Source of the DNA: Candidatus Poribacteria bacterium
GTDB taxonomy: Bacteria; Poribacteria; WGA-4E; UBA9662
Direction of reading: 5' to 3'
Assembly (NCBI GenBank): GCA_046582655.1
Contig: JAYGDX010000198.1
Location: forward strand, 9,624-73,623
Length of the DNA: 64,000 bases
In this document: one piece after another, positions 19,020 to 27,924 of the stretch
Numbering within the stretch: position 1 is the first letter of the stretch
Layout: every line of letters starts with the position of its first letter
Program-made: the position numbers and the translations under genes
Notes under the pieces: model-generated
The model's input: only the letters and a program-made list of their open reading frames with translations
What the model was told of the DNA's origin: nothing
The model's database searches: none

Positions 19020-19626
19020 ATGTTTAGAGGTGTTTTTTCGCGGTATTTGTATTTGATAAGCGTAGCCCTAGTGGCGTGTGTTGGTCTTCAGCGTCTATGC
19101 AGAAGAGGTAAGGGTCATCGATCCTAAGAGCAGCGCAGGTGAGGAGTTCGTCGTGGGAGTAATGGAGGAAGGCGGGAAATTCTACCATGACAGAGTCTAC
19201 ACTATGACGGGAATTCCAAAACAGTATCTGGGACTCACCAACATCACGACCTCGGTGGATACCGTAGGAGATCTGGATCTTCAGTGGACGTTCAAGATTG
19301 ACCAGTCTGCCTATGTCTACCTAGGCTTTGATGAGCGTTGGATCCCCCGGAGGACCGAAAGCAAAATCCAAAAAAATGATTTAGTAACGGATTCACTAAA
19401 ACCAGAGAATCCGTGGTTCTATACGCTCCCCATCCCCCAACGGACTACTGGATATACAAATCCAACGACCCTTATCCTACAGGGCAACGTAACGCTCGAT
19501 GGGATATCGCAAGGCGGGGGTGATGGGATGTATCGAGTCATTTTTGTTGAAGCAGACAAACTAGCAGTATCATCGCCCCTGGGGAAACTTGCAGCTAGAT
19601 GGGGAGAGATCAAATCCTTTAAGTAG
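19020..19626 (+). pseudogene. Secreted protein with C-terminal WGxIK tail, disrupted
   Basis: ATG 19020 with signal-like sequence is out of frame with ORF 19078; an alternative frame at about 19345-19480 reads more protein-like but contains TGA; ends AVSSPLGKLAARWGEIKSFK*. Confidence 0.7.
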
Positions 19627-19725
19627 CTATATATGCATTGCTGCTTATGTTATGTTTTTTACTGGAATCCCACATCCAGTCTTTGGGTGCCAAATATTTG
19701 ACACCCAAATCCAATGATTTATGCT

Positions 19726-19755
19726 TTTGTACTTAAGTTTTAATTTAAATACATG
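19726..19755. repeat. ~30-bp dyad site, copy 7
   Basis: TTTGTACTTAA-GTTTTAAT-TTAAATACATG, between convergent gene ends. Confidence 0.8.
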
Positions 19756-19915
19756 TTTTTTTTACTTTCCAAGTAAAGTACAGAAATAGACCTAGTTCCT
19801 GTGATATTACATTGAATGTATTAAACATTGAATCTTTTAGTACGGAATGGAAAGGGGTTTTGATGGGATAGTATGGTTTTCTCCCTGCTGGTACTGAGTG
19901 TTTGGTTAGTTAAGG

Positions 19916-20312
19916 TTATCTTCTAGACTTCACGTAATGTTCAACTGTCTCATAGTTCATTTTCTTTACCTGTTTAATATCAAGCTTGAACAAATTATGC
20001 TGTTTCAGGCCTAGTTTAAAAGCCCTCCAAACCTCTAAAGGGCTAAACATGATTAAGAATGACAAGGTCTCCGATTCCTGTCCAAGACCACCACTTGCCA
20101 TCGTCCATGCCAGTACTTGACCTTTTCCTTTCAAACTTGTGTTGAAACCTATGATTAGGTGATGAGCATCATGTATGAATACTTGATTTAATGGAGGATA
20201 GCATTGGAAAGACAGGAATACGCACTTTTTCTATCAGCAAATACATCCATTTGTCCGTTTCTTTCATTCCTTTCTTTAACTGGTATTGAATTACTGCTTG
20301 TTCTAGTTCCAT
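19916..20312 (-). pseudogene. Frameshifted gene with HDxxH motif (possibly Coq4-like)
   Basis: MELEQAVIQYQL... then a frame change to IHDAHHLIIGFNTSLKGKGQVLAWTMASG. Confidence 0.4.
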
Positions 20313-20621
20313 AAGACTATCTCACCTTGTTATTGTTGAGTCATAGATTTTATGTGGTATCAATTTCCTCGTTCATCTGCATATCCATTTTGAAATAGAT
20401 GTTCCGAAATCTTACGGTAGGACACTGCACTTGTTGTGTACCCAGTTGCTGAACAAGCTTAGGTCTCCTGCTGTTCACCTGAAGCCGTATGTCCTGCGAA
20501 AGAAAAGCCTGTTTCCCAGCCCGCAGGAGAGGAGGTTGAATATAGTGCGGATGTATTGCTGTAGCTTTAGCCTGTTGATGGATGACCCATTAGCTATAGC
20601 TCTACGTTGAGATATGTTGAT

Positions 20622-21416
20622 TTACCTGGCTTTAATCCTTGCCCAGACAGAGGCTAATTTCCCTGCAGACGAAATAGCAAGTGCTCCTGCTCCTTCAAGT
20701 CCCTTAGTCATGATAATGTTAATAGTCTCCTTATCAAAGGCCACATTGAACAAGGCAACCTCATCCATGATGCCTTTAACAGGGTATGCGAACCCAGGAC
20801 AATCCCCAATATTTAATGCTCCAGGACTGAAGTCTGGTTTTCCATCAAATGGAGCCTCTGCCTCCACCACCCCATCTACATATGACTTGACAGATTTCAT
20901 ATCATAAGTCCCAGCCAGATGGTGCCATTTATCATCAGTTATTATGGAAGTTCCAAATTTCTGGAATCCCCACTTGGTATTTCCACCACTGGTAAATCGA
21001 GTCCAGAAGACCTTTCTACCCGCATAGATATACCCGCTGTAATTTTCCAACAGTCCATTAGCAGTCTTAATAAAAGTAGCTTGATAGCTTCCGGTAGCTT
21101 CAATCTTGATCCAGAGGGTGAAGGAGAAGGAGGTAAGATTTAGAGAATCGTCATGCGGGACTTCGACAAAATTCTGATCGATACCAGGAAAAAGGAGAGC
21201 TTTGCCGAATTTCCCATTAACCCATTTTACGCCTCCTTTGAGTTCGCCATCAATCCCATTGTCAGAAGAGTCCTGAGCTACCTTACCTGCACCCTGATTA
21301 AAAAGCCAGATACCGACGATGTTTTCGGGCTTAATTTCAGCCTGAGTAAGAGAAGTAAATATCAGAGCAAAGCAGATTAAATTCAGAGCCGCCATTGGAT
21401 AATTATTTGGAATCAT
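20622..21416 (-). CDS. LamG/concanavalin-A-like secreted protein with WxxIK tail
   Basis: Signal peptide; GKFGKAL, DDKWHHLAGTYD and GIMDEVALFN; ends AISSAGKLASVWARIKAR*. Confidence 0.9.
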   Translation of the reverse strand: MIPNNYPMAALNLICFALIFTSLTQAEIKPENIVGIWLFNQGAGKVAQDSSDNGIDGELKGGVKWVNGKFGKALLFPGIDQNFVEVPHDDSLNLTSFSFTLWIKIEATGSYQATFIKTANGLLENYSGYIYAGRKVFWTRFTSGGNTKWGFQKFGTSIITDDKWHHLAGTYDMKSVKSYVDGVVEAEAPFDGKPDFSPGALNIGDCPGFAYPVKGIMDEVALFNVAFDKETINIIMTKGLEGAGALAISSAGKLASVWARIKAR

Positions 21417-22132
21417 TTTCTATCCCCTTTCTAATTGTTAGTAATACATTTAGACATGAACGATTTTAAGAAATAAATGATAGCAACTGATTGACTTCAA
21501 TGAGATTGGAAAGCATATGGTGTACCTGTTGATTTCCAAGCTGTTGAACCAGCTTAGGTCTTCTGATAGTAACATGATGCAGTATATCGTTCAAATTCAT
21601 CTGTTTACCGGTCCGAATTAGAGGTTGGATATAAGTGCGGATATAGTCATGCAGCTGCTGTTTAGCCTGTTGATGAATGGAAGGACCTCCAGCAATAGTG
21701 GGATATCAGTGACCTGAGCGATAGCCATGTTGAGATACTCTAACCCCTGATAATGCTTCAAATAAAAGTTTTGAGTATCATTGTCTGAGTGCAGTTTTAT
21801 GCAGACCTTAAGCATCTGGATCTGGATGGTGTGTTGCCTGTTGAGGCTGTAGTTGCTGATGAGAGCAGCACGCACTGCTTGAAATTATGAAGCCTGTACT
21901 GATGGTGTTGTCCGTAACAGCGAGCCTTCTTGTGCATGTACCAGTATTCGTCAGTTCCCTGACATCGTCGTGATATGAGGCATTCTGAATTATTATCCCA
22001 AGTTAAAAAGGGAAGTCCAACGTGACGCCGAGAAGTTTTTCGGATTTTGCAAGCCGTTTCCCAACTCGCACTCTGAAATCAACTATCTGACCAATAGACT
22101 TAGATGAAAGTATAGAAAGGCTATGAAATCAG

Positions 22133-23167
22133 TTAGATTGGAACGTCTGTCAATTCCTGATTATAGGCAAACAGCGCTGGTGTCCCACCGGTATGCAAGA
22201 AAATCACCGTTTGATCGGAAGAAATCTTGCCTTTTCGAATATGATCAATCAAGCCAGCAAAGGCTTTACTAGTATAAACTGGATCGAGAAAAATGCCCTC
22301 CATTTGCGCAACAATTTTCAGCGCTTGAATACATTCCGGGGTCAGTACACCGTATGCTTGGCCGATATAAGCATCAGTATTACTGATTTCGTCATCAGCT
22401 ATCTGGAAATCTAGATTCAAGAGTTTGGCTGCATTGTTAGCTGCCTGCCGAATACGATCAATTTTATCCTCCCAGTAAATTGGTGCTACACCTACTGGTT
22501 GTAACTTCATACCCAATGCTTTTGATCCGAGGATTAATCCTGCCTGTGTTCCACCTGCTGATCCAACATAGATTAGGTCAGCTTCGATTCCCATTTCCTG
22601 CTGTTGCTTATGGATTTCAGCTATACACCAAGAGAAAGCAACAGCTGCTAGAGCAGTGGACTGGGGTGCCGCGATTACGTAAGGTCTGAGACCATCCGAC
22701 CGTAATTTATCCGCTAAAGCATATTTAACGAGATCCAGTTCAGGGCCGAATGGTGCATCGACCAATTCGACGTCCGCACCAGCCAGATGATCCAAAAGTA
22801 AATTCCCTTGTACCAGACTCTTGTGGTCACGAGAAAGACGAAGGTAGCATTTCAATCCCAGTTGTGCGGCCACCGCCGCAGCTTGGCGACAGTGGTTCGA
22901 TTGTGTGGTCGCACCATGTACGATCGTGTCGGCATTCTGATGTATGGCTTCACCAATGGTAAAAGTCAACTGGCGAATCTTATTTCCACCGAAGGCTACT
23001 CCTGAACAATCTTCCCGTTTAATATATATTCTTGGCCCACCTAGTGCTTCCGACAGACGCGGACACGGTTCTAATGGGGTAGGATAATGTCCAATATCTA
23101 CTTGCGGCAACTGTTCAATTCTCTGGCAGAGACCTAATCTAGTCACAATATTGTTTTCTTGGTTCAT
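22133..23167 (-). CDS. D-cysteine desulfhydrase / ACC deaminase family PLP enzyme
   Basis: PTPL, IKREDC, GGNKIRQL, QSNH, LDPVYTSKA, HTGG. Confidence 0.92.
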   Translation of the reverse strand: MNQENNIVTRLGLCQRIEQLPQVDIGHYPTPLEPCPRLSEALGGPRIYIKREDCSGVAFGGNKIRQLTFTIGEAIHQNADTIVHGATTQSNHCRQAAAVAAQLGLKCYLRLSRDHKSLVQGNLLLDHLAGADVELVDAPFGPELDLVKYALADKLRSDGLRPYVIAAPQSTALAAVAFSWCIAEIHKQQQEMGIEADLIYVGSAGGTQAGLILGSKALGMKLQPVGVAPIYWEDKIDRIRQAANNAAKLLNLDFQIADDEISNTDAYIGQAYGVLTPECIQALKIVAQMEGIFLDPVYTSKAFAGLIDHIRKGKISSDQTVIFLHTGGTPALFAYNQELTDVPI

Positions 23168-23270
23168 GGAATCTCTTTACACCTACCCTCTTTTTTTGGT
23201 AAATAACTGTACTTTTTAACTTGATATTCTCCAATGCAATTTTAAGCTGATATCGGATTTTATTTTTTCT

Positions 23271-24020
23271 TTATATTGCTAGCAAGTGCTCTTGACGAAC
23301 ACCAATTTGGTTCAGAGTTTGGAGATCTATTTGATCATATTTTATTTCATGTGGCTTGTGGGCATCGGTACCCAAGGCAAATTTGAGCCCAACCTGTTGG
23401 CCCAAGTTTATCAGTTCTTTAAAGAAATTTGGGCTATTTTTCAGGTGACGTGGGTTGAGTTCAAAGGCTACTTGATTTTTAGCTGCTTTGGACAAAACAC
23501 GCTTGAGTTGATGTCGATCGTAGCTAGCTAGCACAGCCGAATGATTTACATTACGGACCTTGGTTAACAAAAACGGGTGTGGAATAATAGTCGTGTATCC
23601 CCAGTCAATCGCTCCTTCAATCATCTGCAGATGATGCTGTGCATACGCGGACGGACTTCTGTCAATCGGGTTTTCCACGTGACTGAGGTGATAGTGATTG
23701 GAAGCAACCAAGACAAAATCAAGTTGCTGCGCGGTCGCAATATCAACGGCAATAGTACATTGATCTATTTGTGACGCTTCACAACCTATCTGAACATTGA
23801 TGGGCGGACAAAGTTTATCTCGAATACTAAAGTTTTCTAATAATTTTTGCTCCCGAGACGGATCTAAATAGTCGATATGATCGGAAATCCCAATGGTTTC
23901 AAGCCCAGCTTTTTCTGCCTCTCTGATGATTCGTTCCATTGTCATTTCATCAGATGCGCATTGAGAGAGGGCACTATGAATCTGCATGTTATGAAGTCGC
24001 ATCAATTTCCCTTTATTCAT
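23271..24020 (-). CDS. PHP-domain phosphoesterase
   Basis: HxxxxH, ISDH, PHP and GTDAH metal motifs. Confidence 0.85.
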   Translation of the reverse strand: MNKGKLMRLHNMQIHSALSQCASDEMTMERIIREAEKAGLETIGISDHIDYLDPSREQKLLENFSIRDKLCPPINVQIGCEASQIDQCTIAVDIATAQQLDFVLVASNHYHLSHVENPIDRSPSAYAQHHLQMIEGAIDWGYTTIIPHPFLLTKVRNVNHSAVLASYDRHQLKRVLSKAAKNQVAFELNPRHLKNSPNFFKELINLGQQVGLKFALGTDAHKPHEIKYDQIDLQTLNQIGVRQEHLLAI

Positions 24021-24251
24021 AAAGGTGGCTGGTTGATTGATCTAAATTAGATTGTGATCACTGAATTCAGATGGCCAAGCGCAAAACACCTATTCATTCT
24101 AGGGTAAAGGCAATCGGCAAACAATCTGGTTTTCAGAATCGCAATACCAGAAATGACCGTCCCAGATTGTCATTATATGTGACTTAGTATGAGGGCTGAG
24201 AATTTCGATCTTAGTTTGAAGTAACCGAAAATTGTAATTGATCAGCCAGAC

Positions 24252-25031
24252 TCAATCCATTAATAAGCTTTCTACAAAGTTGTGGGCTGTTTCTGCTGCT
24301 TCAACTGGAGAAGCCCAATCCACATTTTCCAGTTCTACCACTAAAGGCCCACGGTAATCCGCTTGTTTGAGAAGGTTCATCAGGTCATCAAAAGGCAAGT
24401 TTCCTTTGCCAAAAGGGACGGGGTGGTCATCAACCTGATCCCGCAAATGCACCACCCCGATTCGGTTTGCGAAGGTATCAGCAAATTTAAGGATATCTTC
24501 GCCTGCAGTTAATAGGTGCCCTGTATCCAGTAAAATCCTAGCTCGTGAATCTAAATCCGGCATGATTAGGCGATAGTCGGAAAGGTTTTCAAGCCGATTG
24601 CCGTGATGATTCCCCAGATTGAGTGTGATGTCAGGAATTCTGTTGAGCAGCGTATTTACTCCTTCGATCAGATCTTTCAAGGATTGCTCTGATCGATCAC
24701 CTCCTTTAGTATTTGCGTTATTCAATTTCAGAGCGCGTGCAAGATGAATATCCCATTCAACCTGTCTCAGGTTATAAGATGGATCGTGTTGGCCAGATTC
24801 TCTTTTTCCAGTGATGTTCCGGATATTAAGTCCAGACAATCTGATACCCGCTGAATCCAGCATACGCCGAACCATTGGTACGGAGATATTGGGATCAACC
24901 GGCGAACTTCGCGTCCGGGTCCGAAAAAGCTCAATCTGATCAAAGCCCGCCTGTTGGGCAAGTTGAATTGCTTCAGATAAAGAAGCCTCAGGACAGAGAG
25001 TGGTACTGAAACTGAGGTACATTATGTTCAC
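24252..25031 (-). CDS. Sugar phosphate isomerase/epimerase (xylose-isomerase-like TIM barrel)
   Basis: GFDQIEL, DTGH, VHLRD, VPFGKG, VVELE. Confidence 0.88.
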   Translation of the reverse strand: MNIMYLSFSTTLCPEASLSEAIQLAQQAGFDQIELFRTRTRSSPVDPNISVPMVRRMLDSAGIRLSGLNIRNITGKRESGQHDPSYNLRQVEWDIHLARALKLNNANTKGGDRSEQSLKDLIEGVNTLLNRIPDITLNLGNHHGNRLENLSDYRLIMPDLDSRARILLDTGHLLTAGEDILKFADTFANRIGVVHLRDQVDDHPVPFGKGNLPFDDLMNLLKQADYRGPLVVELENVDWASPVEAAETAHNFVESLLMD

Positions 25032-25750
25032 TCAATTCCATTCCAGTATTGCCACATATTATCTGGTGTTTCAAACATAATATCATGCGTGTCTTGCCAT
25101 CTTAACCTGCTGACCGTGGCCATGCGAATCTTTGAACCACAATTTTTGCTGGCGCTGTGCATCATATAATGATGCCAGAAACAGGTTGTACCCGCCGGCC
25201 CAAAGATCTCTACCGGTTGTGGCAACGGTTTTGTATAAGCTTCTATTCCATTAAGAATTGAATGTGTCTTAAAGTATTTCGCCGCCATGAGATGTGTGCC
25301 CGGCCAAACCGTGAACCCTCCAGACCGATGGACGACATCATTCAGGTTCATGGTGATTCCAAGGGTGAAAGTGCTGACAACTCCTTTAACTGTATAACCG
25401 TCCATATGGCCTTTTTCAGGTAGAGACCAATCGTTTTCTCCAGTCGGATAGATCATTTTACAGAACGGATTATTGGCGACCTTCAGTGTTCCTTTACCAA
25501 CCAGTTCCTCTGCCATGTCGATATGGGGACCATCATGCAGCAGAGACTGGACATCAGGATAATTGGTACAGGGCAGATTTCCTGTTGGCCCTGCATTGAT
25601 CCACGTTTCTGAATCATTACGGTCGGCATCGATATGTTCCCAGATCACATCGATTGCCCTTTGGATCAATTGATCAGGAACCGTATTATATTTAATGATG
25701 TATCCGTTTTTTTCGAAGAATTGCTTATCTTCAGTGGTGAAATAGGGCAT
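25028..25750 (-). CDS. PhyH-family dioxygenase
   Basis: FFEKNGY, GHMDG, GGFTVWPGTH, MMHSASKN. Confidence 0.88.
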   Translation of the reverse strand: MPYFTTEDKQFFEKNGYIIKYNTVPDQLIQRAIDVIWEHIDADRNDSETWINAGPTGNLPCTNYPDVQSLLHDGPHIDMAEELVGKGTLKVANNPFCKMIYPTGENDWSLPEKGHMDGYTVKGVVSTFTLGITMNLNDVVHRSGGFTVWPGTHLMAAKYFKTHSILNGIEAYTKPLPQPVEIFGPAGTTCFWHHYMMHSASKNCGSKIRMATVSRLRWQDTHDIMFETPDNMWQYWNGIE

Positions 25751-25786
25751 ACTTTACTATCCTCTTTTTTTAGATAGAACTAGCAG

Positions 25787-26575
25787 TTACGACTTTGGTA
25801 ATGCACGGACTGATCCCGTGGACATACCTCCGTCAACCAGTAGGGTTTGACCTGACACATACTGGCTAGCATCGGAAGCAAGAAACACCACTGCACCGTC
25901 CAGATCTTGTGGTTTTCCTAGACGTTTGAGCGGAATTCGATCAACTAGGTATTCGACCCAATCTTGGTCTTCGTAAAGCACTTGGTTTTGGAAGGTTTTG
26001 AACCAACCTGGAGCAATACAGTTGACTGTGATACCAAACGGTCCCCAATCGTCAGCTAAACTCATGGTAAGTTGTTTCGTCCCACCGCGACTGGCGCAAT
26101 ATGGAGCTAGTCCTGCATAACCAAAAACAGATGTTAACGAACCGATGTTGATAATTCGGCCGTAGTTGCGGAGAATCATATGTTTGGCTACCGCTTGAGA
26201 TACGAAAAACGTTCCCTTTAGATTGGTGTCTACCACGGTATCCCAGTCGTCCCAAGTAATTTCCATCGATGGTTTACGAATGTTACAACCGGCGTTATTG
26301 ACAAGGATATCGATTTTTTTATAGTGTTTCACTGCGGCTTGAGCCATATTTTGAATGCTGTCGTAATCCCTGACATCGAGTTCAAGGGGGAGAACTTTTC
26401 TCCCCAGGTCTTCGAGCTCCTTTTTGAAATCGTGCAGTGAATCCGCATTTCGGCTGGTGATGACCAAATCAGCACCGGCTTTGGCCAATGCCCGACCCAT
26501 GTACTGACCAAGTCCGCGACTTGTACCGGTTACTATCACAACTTTACCTGATAAATCGAAGAAATTGTTTGCCAT
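25787..26575 (-). CDS. SDR oxidoreductase (gluconate 5-dehydrogenase-like)
   Basis: TGTSRGLG, NNAG, YCASR catalytic region, PLKRLG. Confidence 0.9.
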   Translation of the reverse strand: MANNFFDLSGKVVIVTGTSRGLGQYMGRALAKAGADLVITSRNADSLHDFKKELEDLGRKVLPLELDVRDYDSIQNMAQAAVKHYKKIDILVNNAGCNIRKPSMEITWDDWDTVVDTNLKGTFFVSQAVAKHMILRNYGRIINIGSLTSVFGYAGLAPYCASRGGTKQLTMSLADDWGPFGITVNCIAPGWFKTFQNQVLYEDQDWVEYLVDRIPLKRLGKPQDLDGAVVFLASDASQYVSGQTLLVDGGMSTGSVRALPKS

Positions 26576-26641
26576 TACTGTCTTACCTCGTCTTTAAGTT
26601 CAAAATTCAAGTGCAGAATATGAATCATTGGTAGTTTCAGG

Positions 26642-27670
26642 TTATGGGTTCAAAACCACCTTCATCAACCCTTTTTCCTTATCGTACAATCTTTGAAACC
26701 ATTTAGCTCCTTCAGTCAGTGAAACTTCTGCGCTCAATATTGCATCAACATTAATCTCACCTCGTTCGATCATCTCAAGAGCGGCCGGATATTCACCGCA
26801 AATGGCACAGCTTCCTTGCAACCGAAGTTGTTGGGTGACAACCTTTTGTAGTGGCAGGTTAACGTTTGGTGTCAGGTTACCAACCAGTGTGATCGTTCCA
26901 CCACGACGTACGCTATCGATAGCTGTTTGAACCGTTGGGTCAATACCGACAGCTTCAAAGGCGACATCTGCGCCTCGTCCATGTGTTAGTTCTTTAATCT
27001 TTTCTGGCACATCATCACCAGCTTTGATACCTAGATCCGCCCCCAGTTGGCCAGCTAACTCTAATCGTTCTGGTTCCAGGTCAACAACGATAATCTTTCC
27101 ACAGCCAGCGGCTCGAAGCGCCTGTACGATAAATGAACCAATCATTCCCACTCCCACCACCACGGCGGAATCGTTGACAGATATTGGGGTGAGTCCAACT
27201 GCATGTAGTGCTACTGCAACTGGTTCGACCATAGCGGCTTGAGTAAAGGAAACTGTGTCAGGGATTTTGTACAGAACATGCTGCGGTATGGCAACGTATT
27301 CGGCAAAAGCACCATGGCGGCAGTATTCTCCTGGAGAGACGCCCAGCACTATCCTGCCCTCACTCAGGTTGTATAAACCTTTTCGTGTGTACCAGTCTTC
27401 CAATTTATAGATGGTTGAATCGAAAGTTACTCTATCACCAATACGCCAATTCTTCACTTCACATCCAATCTCCGCAATCACACCAGATGCCTCGTGCCCC
27501 ATGATCAGAGGCGGAATACGACGGCCACTACTGCCATCAATTCCATGAACATCGCTACCACAAATACCGCAGGCTTTTACCTGAATCAGAACTTCGCCTG
27601 GCTCATATTTCGGTTTCGGAACGTCTTTGTAGACAAGTGCATTGTAATCTTCTAATACTAGAGCTTTCAC
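26642..27670 (-). CDS. Zn-dependent polyol dehydrogenase (galactitol-1-P / sorbitol DH-like)
   Basis: CGICGSD, GHE, GVGMIG; GTG start after GGAG. Confidence 0.9.
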   Translation of the reverse strand: MKALVLEDYNALVYKDVPKPKYEPGEVLIQVKACGICGSDVHGIDGSSGRRIPPLIMGHEASGVIAEIGCEVKNWRIGDRVTFDSTIYKLEDWYTRKGLYNLSEGRIVLGVSPGEYCRHGAFAEYVAIPQHVLYKIPDTVSFTQAAMVEPVAVALHAVGLTPISVNDSAVVVGVGMIGSFIVQALRAAGCGKIIVVDLEPERLELAGQLGADLGIKAGDDVPEKIKELTHGRGADVAFEAVGIDPTVQTAIDSVRRGGTITLVGNLTPNVNLPLQKVVTQQLRLQGSCAICGEYPAALEMIERGEINVDAILSAEVSLTEGAKWFQRLYDKEKGLMKVVLNP

Positions 27671-27924
27671 TTGTTTCTCCTATCGATTCGAATGTTCAAC
27701 GCAAACAATGGACAAATCTTTACTTTCAGCATCAGGTAAATACACAAAAATCTCTTTCCCACACGTTGGTTTACCTTTGCTATATTGCTTCGGACTTTAT
27801 TTTACACTAAATAGAGCGATATCTTTAAAAAATAATCTTGAAGCTATCTAAATTAGTCATTATGATGTGTGTTGATAGCTTGTGAAATAGATACAGTATT
27901 TAAACTGGGAGTCGTATTAACCGC

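Noticed and set aside
1454..19755. Dyad sites as CRISPR repeats or canonical Xer dif sites
   Set aside because: Spacing is hundreds to thousands of bp and no cas genes are present. TTAACTTAAAT resembles the XerD arm (9/11), but its mirror abuts it without the 6-bp spacer and XerC arm geometry.
23207..23251. Possible degenerate eighth dyad copy (also a weak match near 26587-26617)
   Set aside because: Needs an insertion or about 8 mismatches to align in AT-rich DNA; not countable by eye.
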